A stretch of DNA of 64,000 bases from Squalus acanthias. Taxonomy: Eukaryota. How positions within the stretch are numbered: the stretch's first letter is position 1; each line of letters starts with the position of its first letter. Under the pieces are notes generated by a model. The model saw only the letters and a list, made by a program, of their open reading frames with translations. It made no database searches and was not told where the DNA came from. The translations under genes were made by a program, and so were the position numbers. The stretch is taken from NCBI GenBank assembly GCA_030390025.1, contig CM059438.1, positions 57,290,001 through 57,354,000 of the forward strand, read 5' to 3'. This document shows, one piece after another, positions 1-15,000 of this stretch.

Positions 1-3000
1 ACTGACACTCCACTCAGGGAACACAGTTACCAGAGACTGACACTCCACCCAGGGAACACAGTTACCAGAGACTGACACTCCACCCAGGGAACACAGTTAC
101 CAGAGACTGACACTCCACCCAGGGAACACAGTTACCAGAGACTGACACTCCACCCAGGGAACACAGTTACCAGAGACTGACACTCCACCCAGGGAACACA
201 GTTACCAGAGACTGACACTCCACCCAGGGAACACAGTTACCAGAGACTGACACTCCACCAGGGAACACAGTTACCAGAGACTGACACTCCACCAGGGAAC
301 ACAGTTACCAGAGACTGACACTCCACCCAGGGAACACAGTTACCAGAGACTGACACTCCACCAGGGAACACAGTTACCAGAGACTGACACTCCACCCAGG
401 GAACACAGTTACCAGAGACTGACACTCCACCCAGGGAAACAGTTACCAGAGACTGACACTCCACCAGGGAACACAGTTACCACAGACTGACACTCCACCC
501 AGGGAACACAGTTACCAGAGACTGACACTCCACCCAGGGAACACAGTTACCAGAGACTGACACTCCACCCAGGGAACACAGTTACCAGAGACTGACACTC
601 CACCCAGGGAACACAGTTACCAGAGACTGACACTCCACCCAGGGAACACAGTTACCAGAGACTGACACTCCACCCAGGGAACACAGTTACCAGAGACTGA
701 CACTCCACCCAGGGAACACAGTTACCAGAGACTGACACTCCACCCAGGGAACACAGTTACCAGAGACTGACACTCCACCCAGGGAACACAGTTACCACAG
801 ACTGACACTCCACCCAGGGAACACAGTTACCAGAGACTGACACTCCACCCAGGGAACACAGTTACCAGAGACTGACACTCCACCAGGGAACACAGTTACC
901 AGAGACTGACACTCCACCCAGGGAACACAGTTACCAGAGACTGACACTCCACCAGGGAACACAGTTACCAGAGACTGACACTCCACCCAGGGAACACAGT
1001 TACCACAGACTGACACTCCACCCAGGGAACACAGTTACCAGAGACTGACACTCCACCAGGGAACACAGTTACCAGAGACTGACACTCCACCAGGGAACAC
1101 AGTTACCAGAGACTGACACTCCACCCAGGGAACACAGTTACCAGAGACTGACACTCCACCCAGGAACACAGTTACCAGAGACTGACACTCCACCCAGGGA
1201 ACACAGTTACCAGAGACTGACACTCCACCAGGGAACACAGTTACCAGAGACTGACACTCCACCCAGGGAACACAGTTACCAGAGACTGACACTCCACCAG
1301 GGAACACAGTTACCAGAGACTGACACTCCACCCAGGGAACACAGTTACCACAGACTGACACTCCACCAGGGAACACAGTTACCAGAGACTGACACTCCAC
1401 CAGGGAACACAGTTACCAGAGACTGACACTCCACCCAGGGAACACAGTTACCAGAGACTGACACTCCACCAGGGAACACAGTTACCAGAGACTGACACTC
1501 CACCAGGGAACACAGTTACCACAGACTGACACTCCACCCAGGGAACACAGTTACCAGAGACTGACACTCCACCCAGGAACACAGTTACCAGAGACTGACA
1601 CTCCACCCAGGGAACACAGTTACCACAGACTGACACTCCACCCAGGGAACACAGTTACCAGAGACTGACACTCACCCAGGAACACAGTTACCAGAGACTG
1701 ACACTCCACCCAGGGAACACAGTTACCAGAGACTGACACTCCACCCAGGGAACACAGTTACCAGAGACTGACACTCCACCCAGGGAACACAGTTACCAGA
1801 GACTGACACTCCACCCAGGGAACACAGTTACCAGCAGACTGACACTCCACCAGGGAACACAGTTACCAGAGACTGACACTCACCCAGGGAACACAGTTAC
1901 CAGAGACTGACACTCCACCCAGGGAACACAGTTACCAGAGACTGACACTCCACCCAGGAAAGACAGTTACCAGAGACTGACACTCCACCCAGGGAACACA
2001 GTTACCAGAGACTGACACTCCACCCAGGAACACAGTTACCAGAGACTGACACTCCACCCAGGGAACACAGTTACCAGAGACTGACACTCCACCCAGGGAA
2101 CACAGTTACCAGAGACTGACACTCCACCCAGGGAACACAGTTACCAGAGACTGACACTCCACCCAGGGAACACAGTTACCAGAGACTGACACTCCACCCA
2201 GGGAACACAGTTACCAGAGACTGACACTCCACCAGGGAACACAGTTACCAGAGACTGACACTCACCAGGGAACACAGTTACCAGAGACTGACACTCCACC
2301 AGGGAACACAGTTACCAGAGACTGACACTCCACCCAGGGAACACAGTTACCAGAGACTGACACTCCACCCAGGGAACACAGTTACCAGAGACTGACACTC
2401 CACCCAGGGAACACAGTTACCAGAGACTGACACTCCACCCAGGGAACACAGTTACCAGAGACTGACACTCCACCCAGGGAACACAGTTACCAGAGACTGA
2501 CACTCCACCCAGGGAACACAGTTACCAGAGACTGACACTCCACCCAGGGAACACAGTTACCAGAGACTGACACTCCACCCAGGAACACAGTTACCAGAGA
2601 CTGACACTCCACCCAGGGAACACAGTTACCAGAGACTGACACTCCACCCAGGGAACACAGTTACCAGAGACTGACACTCCACCCAGGGAACACAGTTACC
2701 AGAGACTGACACTCCACCCAGGGAACACAGTTACCAGAGACTGACACTCCACCCAGGGAACACAGTTACCAGCAGACTGACACTCCACCCAGGAACACAG
2801 TTACCAGAGACTGACACTCCACCCAGGGAACACAGTTACCAGCAGACTGACACTCCACCCAGGGAACACAGTTACCAGAGACTGACACTCCACCCAGGGA
2901 ACACAGTTACCAGAGACTGACACTCCACCCAGGGAACACAGTTACCACAGACTGACACTCCACCCAGGGAACACAGTTACCAGAGACTGACACTCCACCC

Positions 3001-6000
3001 AGGGAACACAGTTACCAGAGACTGACACTCCACCCAGGGAACACAGTTACCAGAGACTGACACTCCACCCAGGAACACAGTTAGCAGAGACTGACACTCC
3101 ACCCAGGGAACACAGTTACCAGAGACTGACAATCCAGCCAGGGAACACAGTTACCAGAGACTGACACTCCACCAGGGAACACAGTTACCAGAGACTGACA
3201 CTCCACCCAGGGAACACAGTTACCAGAGACTGACACTCCACCCAGGAACACAGTTACCAGAGACTGACACTCCACCCAGGGAACACAGTTACCAGAGACT
3301 GACACTCCACCAGGGAACACAGTTACCAGAGACTGACACTCCACCCAGGGAACACAGTTACCAGAGACTGACACTCCACCCAGGGAACACAGTTACCAGA
3401 GACTGACACTCCACCCAGGGAACACAGTTACACAGACTGACACTCCACCCAGGGAACACAGTTACCAGAGACTGACACTCCACCCAGGGAACACAGTTAC
3501 CAGAGACTGACACTCCACCAGGGAACACAGTTACCAGAGACTGACACTCCACCCAGGGAACACAGTTACCAGAGACTGACACTCCACCCAGGGAACACAG
3601 TTACCAGAGACTGACACTCCACCCAGGGAACACAGTTACCAGAGACTGACACTCCACCAGGGAACACAGTTACCAGAGACTGACACTCCACCCAGGGAAC
3701 ACAGTTACCAGAGACTGACACTCCACCCAGGGAACACAGTTACCAGAGACTGACACTCCACCAGGGAACACAGTTACCAGAGACTGACACTCCACCCAGG
3801 GAACACAGTTACCAGAGACTGACACTCCACCCAGGGAACACAGTTACCACAGACTGACACTCCACCCAGGGAACACAGTTACCAGAGACTGACACTCCAC
3901 CAGGGAACACAGTTACCAGAGACTGACACTCCACCCAGGGAACACAGTTACCAGAGACTGACACTCCACCCAGGGAACACAGTTACCAGAGACTGACACT
4001 CCACCAGGGAACACAGTTACCAGAGACTGACACTCCACCCAGGGAACACAGTTACCAGAGACTGACACTCCACCCAGGGAACACAGTTACCAGAGACTGA
4101 CACTCCACCAGGGAACACAGTTACCAGCAGACTGACACTCCACCCAGGGAACACAGTTACCACAGACTGACACTCCACCCAGGGAACACAGTTACCAGAG
4201 ACTGACACTCCACCAGGGAACACAGTTACCACAGACTGACACTCCACCCAGGGAACACAGTTACCAGAGACTGACACTCCACCCAGGGAACACAGTTACC
4301 AGAGACTGACACTCCACCAGGGAACACAGTTACCAGAGACTGACACTCCACCAGGGAACACAGTTACCAGCAGACTGACACTCCACCCAGGGAACACAGT
4401 TACCAGAGACTGACACTCCACCCAGGGAACACAGTTACCAGAGACTGACACTCCACCCAGGGAACACAGTTACCAGAGACTGACACTCCACCCAGGGAAC
4501 ACAGTTACCAGAGACTGACACTCCACCCAGGGAACACAGTTACCAGAGACTGACACTCCACCCAGGGAACACAGTTACCAGACTGACACTCCACCCAGGG
4601 AACACAGTTACCAGAGACTGACACTCCACCAGGGAACACAGTTACCAGAGACTGACACTCCACCAGGGAACACAGTTACCAGAGACTGACACTCCACCCA
4701 GGGAACACAGTTACCAGAGACTGACACTCCACCCAGGGAACACAGTTACCAGAGACTGACACTCCACCAGGGAACACAGTTACCACGAGACTGACACTCC
4801 ACCAGGGAACACAGTTACCAGAGACTGACACTCCACCAGGGAACACAGTTACCACAGACTGACACTCCACCCAGGGAACACAGTTACCAGAGACTGACAC
4901 TCCACCAGGGAACACAGTTACCAGAGACTGACACTCCACCCAGGGAACACAGTTACCAGAGACTGACACTCCACCAGGGAACACAGTTACCAGAGACTGA
5001 CACTCCACCAGGGAACACAGTTACCACAGACTGACACTCCACCCAGGGAACACAGTTACCAGAGACTGACACTCCACCCAGGGAACACAGTTACCAGAGA
5101 CTGACACTCCACCCAGGGAACACAGTTACCAGAGACTGACACTCCACCCAGGGAACACAGTTACCAGAGACTGACACTCCACCCAGGGAACACAGTTACC
5201 AGAGACTGACACTCCACCAGGGAACACAGTTACCAGAGACTGACACTCCACCAGGGAACACAGTTACCACAGACTGACACTCCACCCAGGGAACACAGTT
5301 ACCAGAGACTGACACTCCACCCAGGGAACACAGTTACCAGAGACTGACACTCCACCCAGGGAACACAGTTACCAGAGACTGACACTCCACCCAGGGAACA
5401 CAGTTACCAGAGACTGACACTCCACCCAGGGAACACAGTTACCAGAGACTGACACTCCACCCAGGGAACACAGTTACCAGAGACTGACACTCCACCCAGG
5501 GAACACAGTTACCAGAGACTGACACTCCACCAGGGAACACAGTTACCAGAGACTGACACTCCACCCAGGGAACACAGTTACCAGAGACTGACACTCCACC
5601 AGGGAACACAGTTACCAGAGACTGACACTCCACCCAGGGAACACAGTTACCAGAGACTGACACTCACCAGGGAACACAGTTACCAGAGACTGACACTCCA
5701 CCCAGGGAACACAGTTACCAGAGACTGACACTCCACCCAGGGAACACAGTTACCAGAGACTGACACTCCACCCAGGGAACACAGTTACCAGAGACTGACA
5801 CTCCACCCAGGGAACACAGTTACCAGAGACTGACACTCCACCCAGGGAACACAGTTACCAGAGACTGACACTCCACCAGGAACACAGTTACCAGAGACTG
5901 ACACTCCACCCAGGGAACACAGTTACCACAGACTGACACTCCACCAGGGAACACAGTTACCAGAGACTGACACTCCACCCAGGGAACACAGTTACCAGAG

Positions 6001-9000
6001 ACTGACACTCCACCAGGGAACACAGTTACCAGAGACTGACACTCCACCAGGGAACACAGTTACCAGAGACTGACACTCCACCCAGGGAACACAGTTACCA
6101 GAGACTGACACTCCACCCAGGGAACACAGTTACCAGAGACTGACACTCCACCAGGGAACACAGTTACCAGAGACTGACACTCCACCCAGGGAACACAGTT
6201 ACCACAGACTGACACTCCACCCAGGGAACACAGTTACCAGAGACTGACACTCCACCCAGGGAACACAGTTACCAGAGACTGACACTCCACCCAGGGAACA
6301 CAGTTACCAGCAGACTGACACTCCACCCAGGGAACACAGTTACCAGAGACTGACACTCCACCCAGGGAACACAGTTACCAGAGACTGACACTCCACCCAG
6401 GGAACACAGTTACCAGAGACTGACACTCCACCCAGGGAACACAGTTACCAGAGACTGACACTCCACCCAGGAACACAGTTACCAGAGACTGACACTCCAC
6501 CCAGGGAACACAGTTACCAGAGACTGACACTCCACCCAGGGAACACAGTTACCAGAGACTGACACTCCACCCAGGAAAACAGTTACCACAGACTGACACT
6601 CCACCCAGGGAACACAGTTACCAGAGACTGACACTCCACCCAGGGAACACAGTTACCAGAGACTGACACTCCACCAGGGAACACAGTTACCAGAGACTGA
6701 CACTCCACCCAGGGAACACAGTTACCAGAGACTGACACTCCACCCAGGGAACACAGTTACCAGAGACTGACACTCCACCCAGGAGAACAGTTACCAGAGA
6801 CTGACACTCCACCCAGGAACACAGTTACCAGAGACTGACACTCCACCCAGGGAACACAGTTACCAGAGACTGACACTCCACCCAGGGAACACAGTTACCA
6901 GAGACTGACACTCCACCCAGGGAACACAGTTACCAGAGACTGACACTCCACCAGGGAACACAGTTACCACAGACTGACACTCCACCCAGGGAACACAGTT
7001 ACCAGAGACTGACACTCCACCCAGGGAACACAGTTACCAGAGACTGACACTCCACCCAGGGAACACAGTTACCAGAGACTGACACTCCACCAGGGAACAC
7101 AGTTACCAGAGACTGACACTCACCCAGGGAACACAGTTACCAGAGACTGACACTCCACCCAGGGAACACAGTTACCAGAGACTGACACTCCACCCAGGGA
7201 ACACAGTTACCAGAGACTGACACTCCACCAGGGAACACAGTTACCAGAGACTGACACTCCACCCAGGGAACACAGTTACCAGAGACTGACACTCCACCCA
7301 GGGAACACAGTTACCACAGACTGACACTCCACCCAGGGAACACAGTTACCAGAGACTGACACTCCACCCAGGGAACACAGTTACCAGAGACTGACACTCC
7401 ACCCAGGGAACACAGTTACCAGAGACTGACACTCCACCCAGGGAACACAGTTACCAGAGACTGACACTCCACCCAGGGAACACAGTTACCAGAGACTGAC
7501 ACTCCACCCAGGGAACACAGTTACCAGAGACTGACACTCCACCCAGGGAACACAGTTACCAGAGACTGACACTCCACCCAGGGAACACAGTTACCAGAGA
7601 CTGACACTCCACCAGGGAACACAGTTACCAGAGACTGACACTCCACCCAGGGAACACAGTTACCAGAGACTGACACTCCACCCAGGGAACACAGTTACCA
7701 CAGACTGACACTCCACCCAGGGAACACAGTTACCAGAGACTGACACTCCACCCAGGGAACACAGTTACCAGAGACTGACACTCCACCCAGGGAACACAGT
7801 TACCAGAGACTGACACTCACCCAGGGAACACAGTTACCAGAGACTGACACTCCACCAGGGAACACAGTTACCAGAGACTGACACTCACCCAGGGAACACA
7901 GTTACCAGAGACTGACACTCCACCCAGGGAACACAGTTACCAGAGACTGACACTCCACCAGGGAACACAGTTACCAAGACTGACACTCCACCCAGGGAAC
8001 ACAGTTACCAGAGACTGACACTCCACCAGGGAACACAGTTACCAGAGACTGACACTCCACCCAGGGAACACAGTTACCAGAGACTGACACTCCACCCAGG
8101 GAACACAGTTACCAGAGACTGACACTCCACCAGGGAACACAGTTACACAGACTGACACTCCACCAGGGAACACAGTTACCAGAGACTGACACTCCACCCA
8201 GGGAACACAGTTACCAGAGACTGACACTCCACCAGAGAACACAGTTACCACAGACTGACACTCCACCCAGGGAACACAGTTACCAGAGACTGACACTCCA
8301 CCCAGGGAACACAGTTACCAGAGACTGACACTCCACCCAGGGAACACAGTTACCAGAGACTGACACTCCACCAGGGAACACAGTTACCAGAGACTGACAC
8401 TCCACCAGGGAACACAGTTACCAGAGACTGACACTCCACCCAGGGAACACAGTTACCAGAGACTGACACTCCACCCAGGGAACACAGTTACCAGAGACTG
8501 ACACTCCACCCAGGGAACACAGTTACCACAGACTGACACTCCACCCAGGGAACACAGTTACCAGAGACTGACACTCCACCCAGGGAACACAGTTACCAGA
8601 GACTGACACTCCACCCAGGGAACACAGTTACCAGAGACTGACACTCCACCCAGGGAACACAGTTACCAGAGACTGACACTCCACCCAGGGAACACAGTTA
8701 CCAGAGACTGACACTCCACCCAGGGAACACAGTTACCAGAGACTGACACTCCAACCAGAGAACACAGTTACCAGAGACTGACACTCCACCAGGGAACACA
8801 GTTACCAGAGACTGACACTCCACCCAGGAACACAGTTACCAGAGACTGACACTCCACCCAGGGAACACAGTTACCAGAGACTGACACTCCACCCAGGGAA
8901 CACAGTTACCAGAGACTGACACTCCACCAGGGAACACAGTTACCAGAGACTGACACTCCACCCAGGGAACACAGTTACCAGAGACTGACACTCCACCCAG

Positions 9001-12000
9001 GGAACACAGTTACCAGAGACTGACACTCCACCCAGGGAACACAGTTACCAGAGACTGACACTCCACCCAGGGAACACAGTTACCACAGACTGACACTCCA
9101 CCCAGGAACACAGTTACCAGAGACTGACACTCACCCAGGGAACACAGTTACCAGAGACTGACACTCCACCCAGGGAACACAGTTACCAAGACTGACACTC
9201 CACCAGGGAACACAGTTACCAGAGACTGACACTCCACCCAGGGAACACAGTTACCAGAGACTGACACTCCACCCAGGGAACACAGTTACCAGAGACTGAC
9301 ACTCCACCCAGGAACACAGTTACCACAGACTGACACTCCACCAGGGAACACAGTTACCAGAGACTGACACTCCACCCAGGGAACACAGTTACCAGAGACT
9401 GACACTCCACCCAGGGAACACAGTTACCAGAGACTGACACTCCACCCAGGGAACACAGTTACCACAGACTGACACTCCACCAGGGAACACAGTTACCAGA
9501 GACTGATACTCCACCCAGGAACACAGTTACCAGAGACTGACACTCCACCCAGGGAACACAGTTACCAGAGACTGACACTCCACCAGGGAACACAGTTACC
9601 AGAGACTGACACTCCACCAGGGAACACAGTTACCAGAGACTGACACTCCACCAGGGAACACAGTTACCAGAGACTGACACTCCACCCAGGGAACCAGTTA
9701 CCAGAGACTGACACTCCACCCAGGGAACACAGTTACCACAGACTGACACTCCACCCAGGGAACACAGTTACCAGAGACTGACACTCCACCCAGGGAACAC
9801 AGTTACCACAGACTGACACTCCACCCAGGGAACACAGTTACCAGAGACTGACACTCCACCCAGGAACACAGTTACCAGAGACTGACACTCCACCCAGGGA
9901 ACACAGTTACCAGAGACTGACACTCCACCCAGGAACACAGTTACCAGAGACTGACACTCCACCAGGGAACACAGTTACCAGAGACTGACACTCCACCAGG
10001 AACACAGTTACCAGAGACTGACACTCACCAGGGAACACAGTTACCAGAGACTGACACTCCACCAGGGAACACAGTTACCAGAGACTGACACTCCACCAGG
10101 GAACACAGTTACCAGAGACTGACACTCCACCCAGGGAACACAGTTACCAGAGACTGACACTCCACCCAGGGAACTCAGTTACCAAGACTGACACTCCACC
10201 CAGGGAACACAGTTACCACAGACTGACACTCCACCCAGGGAACACAGTTACCAGAGACTGACACTCCACCAGGGAACACAGTTACCAGAGACTGACACTC
10301 CACCAGGAACACAGTTACCAGAGACTGACACTCCACCCAGGGAACACAGTTACCAGAGACTGACACTCCACCCAGGGAACACAGTTACCAGAGACTGACA
10401 CTCCACCCAGGAACACAGTTACCAGAGACTGACACTCCACCAGGGAACACAGTTACCAGAGACTGACACTCCACCCAGGGAACACAGTTACCAGAGACTG
10501 ACACTCCACCAGGGAACACAGTTACCAGAGACTGACACTCCACCCAGGGAAACAAGTTACCAGAGACTGACACTCCACCCAGGGAACACAGTTACCACAG
10601 ACTGACACTCCACCAGGAACACAGTTACCAGAGACTGACACTCCACCCAGGGAACACAGTTACCAGAGACTGACACTCCACCCAGGGAACACAGTTACCA
10701 GAGACTGACACTCCACCAGGGAACACAGTTACCAGAGACTGACACTCCACCCAGGGAACACAGTTACCAGAGACTGACACTCCACCCAGGGAACACAGTT
10801 ACCACGAGACTGACACTCCACCCAGGGAACACAGTTACCAGAGACTGACACTCCACCCAGGGAACACAGTTACCAGAGACTGACACTCCACCCAGGGAAC
10901 ACAGTTACCAGAGACTGACACTCCACCAGGGAACACAGTTACCAGAGACTGACACTTCCACCAGGGAACACAGTTACCAGAGACTGACACTCCACCCAGG
11001 GAACACAGTTACCAGAGACTGACACTCCACCCAGGGAACACAGTTACCAGAGACTGACACTCCACCCAGGGAACACAGTTACCAGAGACTGACACTCCAC
11101 CCAGGGAACACAGTTACCAGAGACTGACACTCCACCAGGGAACACAGTTACCAGAGACTGACACTCCACCAGGGAACACAGTTACCAGAGACTGACACTC
11201 CACCCAGGGAACACAGTTACCAGAGACTGACACTCCACCCAGGGAACACAGTTACCAGAGACTGACACTCCACCCAGGGAACACAGTTACCAGAGACTGA
11301 CACTCACCCAGGGAACACAGTTACCAGAGACTGACACTCCACCAGGGAACACAGTTACCAGAGACTGACACTCCACCCAGGGAACACAGTTACCACAGAC
11401 TGACACTCCACCCAGGGAACACAGTTACCAGAGACTGACACTCCACCCAGGGAACACAGTTACCAGAGACTGACACTCCACCCAGGGAACACAGTTACCA
11501 GAGACTGACACTCCACCAGGGAACACAGTTACCAGAGACTGACACTCCACCCAGGGAACACAGTTACCAGAGACTGACACTCCACCAGGGAACACAGTTA
11601 CCAGAGACTGACACTCCACCAGGGAACACAGTTACCAGAGACTGACACTCCACCCAGGGAACACAGTTACCAGAGACTGACACTCCACCCAGGGAACACA
11701 GTTACCAGAGACTGACACTCCACCCAGGGAACACAGTTACCAGAGACTGACACTCCACCAGGGAACACAGTTACCAGAGACTGACACTCCACCCAGGGAA
11801 CACAGTTACCAGAGACTGACACTCCACCCAGGGAACACAGTTACCAGAGACTGACACTCCACCCAGGGAACACAGTTACCAGAGACTGACACTCCACCCA
11901 GGGAACACAGTTACCAGAGACTGACACTCCACCAGGGAACACAGTTACCAGAGACTGACACTCCACCCAGGGAACACAGTTACCACAGACTGACACTCCA

Positions 12001-15000
12001 CCCAGGGAACACAGTTACCAGAGACTGACACTCCACCCAGGGAACACAGTTACCAGAGACTGACACTCCACCCAGGGAACAAATTACCAGAGACTGACAC
12101 TCCACCCAGGAACACAGTTACCAGAGACTGACACTCCACCCAGGAACACAGTTACCAGAGACTGACACTCCACCCAGGGAACACAGTTACCAGAGACTGA
12201 CACTCCACCAGGGAACACAGTTACCAGAGACTGACACTCCACCCAGGGAACACAGTTACCACAGACTGACACTCCACCCAGGGAACACAGTTACCAGAGA
12301 CTGACACTCCACCCAGGGAACACAGTTACCAGAGACTGACACTCCACCCAGGGAACACAGTTACCAGAGACTGACACTCCACCCAGGGAACACAGTTACC
12401 AGAGACTGACACTCCACCAGGGAACACAGTTACCAGAGACTGACACTCCACCCAGGGAACACAGTTACCAGAGACTGACACTCCACCAGGGAACACAGTT
12501 ACCAGAGACTGACACTCCACCCAGGGAACACAGTTACCAGAGACTGACACTCCACCAGGGAACACAGTTACCACAGACTGACACTCCACCCAGGGAACAC
12601 AGTTACCAGAGACTGACACTCCACCCAGGGAACACAGTTACCAGAGACTGACACTCCACCAGGGAACACAGTTACCAGAGACTGACACTCCACCCAGGGA
12701 ACACAGTTACCACAGACTGACACTCCACCCAGGGAACACAGTTACCAGAGACTGACACTCCACCCAGGGAACACAGTTACCAGAGACTGACACTCCACCC
12801 AGGGAACACAGTTACCAGAGACTGACACTCCACCAGGGAACACAGTTACCAGAGACTGACACTCCACCCAGGGAACACAGTTACCAGAGACTGACACTCC
12901 ACCAGGGAACACAGTTACCAGAGACTGACACTCCACCCAGGGAACACAGTTACCAGAGACTGACACTCCACCCAGGGAACACAGTTACCAGAGACTGACA
13001 CTCCACCCAGGGAACACAGTTACCAGAGACTGACACTCCACCCAGGGAACACAGTTACCAGAGACTGACACTCCACCCAGGGAACACAGTTACCAGAGAC
13101 TGACACTCCACCCAGGGAACACAGTTACCAGAGACTGACACTCCACCCAGGGAACACAGTTACCACAGACTGACACTCCACCCAGGGAACACAGTTACCA
13201 GAGACTGACACTCCACCCAGGGAACACAGTTACCAGAGACTGACACTCCACCAGGGAACACAATTACCAGAGACTGACACTCCACCCAGGGAACACAGTT
13301 ACCAGCAGACTGACACTCCACCAGGGAACACAGTTACCAGAGACTGACACTCCACCCAGGGAACACAGTTACCACAGACTGACACTCCACCAGGGAACAC
13401 AGTTACCAGAGACTGACACTCCACCCAGGAACACAGTTACCAGAGACTGACACTCCACCAGGGAACACAGTTACCAGAGACTGACACTCCACCCAGGGAA
13501 CACAGTTACCAGAGACTGACACTCCACCCAGGGAACACAGTTACCAGAGACTGACACTCCACCAGGGAACACAGTTACCAGAGACTGACACTCCACCCAG
13601 GGAACACAGTTACCAGAGACTGACACTCCACCCAGGGAACACAGTTACCAGAGACTGACACTCCACCCAGGGAACACAGTTACCAGAGACTGACACTCCA
13701 CCCAGGGAACACAGTTACCAGAGACTGACACTCCACCCAGGGAACACAGTTACCAGAGACTGACACTCCACCCAGGGAACACAGTTACCAGAGACTGACA
13801 CTCCACCCAGGAACACAGTTACCAGAGACTGACACTCCACCCAGGGAACACAGTTACCAGAGACTGACACTCCACCCAGGGAACACAGTTACCAGAGACT
13901 GACACTCCACCAGGGAACACAGTTACCAGAGACTGACACTCCACCCAGGGAACACAGTTACCAGAGACTGACACTCCACCCAGGGAACACAGTTACCAGA
14001 GACTGACACTCCACCCAGGGAACACAGTTACCAGAGACTGACACTCCACCAGGGAACACAGTTACCACAGACTGACACTCCACCCAGGGAACACAGTTAC
14101 CAGAGACTGACACTCCACCCAGGGAACACAGTTACCAGAGACTGACACTCCACCAGGGAACACAGTTACCAGAGACTGACACTCCACCCAGGGAACACAG
14201 TTACCAGAGACTGACACTCCACCCAGGGAACACAGTTACCAGAGACTGACACTCCACCCAGGAACACAGTTACCAGAGACTGACACTCCACCCAGGGAAC
14301 ACAGTTACCAGAGACTGACACTCCACCAGGGAACACAGTTACCAGAGACTGACACTCACCCAGGGAACACAGTTACCACAGACTGACACTCCACCCAGGG
14401 AACACAGTTACCAGAGACTGACACTCCACCCAGGGAACACAGTTACCAGAGACTGACACTCACCCAGGGAACACAGTTACCAGAGACTGACACTCCACCA
14501 GGGAACACAGTTACCAGAGACTGACACTCCACCCAGGGAACACAGTTACCAGAGACTGACACTCCACCCAGGGAACACAGTTACCAGAGACTGACACTCC
14601 ACCAGGGAACACAGTTACCACAGACTGACACTCCACCCAGGGAACACAGTTACCAGAGACTGACACTCCACCAGGGAACACAGTTACCAGAGACTGACAC
14701 TCCACCCAGGGAACACAGTTACCAGAGACTGACACTCCACCCAGGGAACACAGTTACCAGAGACTGACACTCCACCCAGGAACACAGTTACCAGAGACTG
14801 ACACTCCACCAGGGAACACAGTTACCAGAGACTGACACTCCACCCAGGGAACACAGTTACCAGAGACTGACACTCCACCCAGGGAACACAGTTACCAGAG
14901 ACTGACACTCCACCCAGGGAACACAGTTACCAGAGACTGACACTCCACCCAGGGAACACAGTTACCAGAGACTGACACTCCACCCAGGGAACACAGTTAC

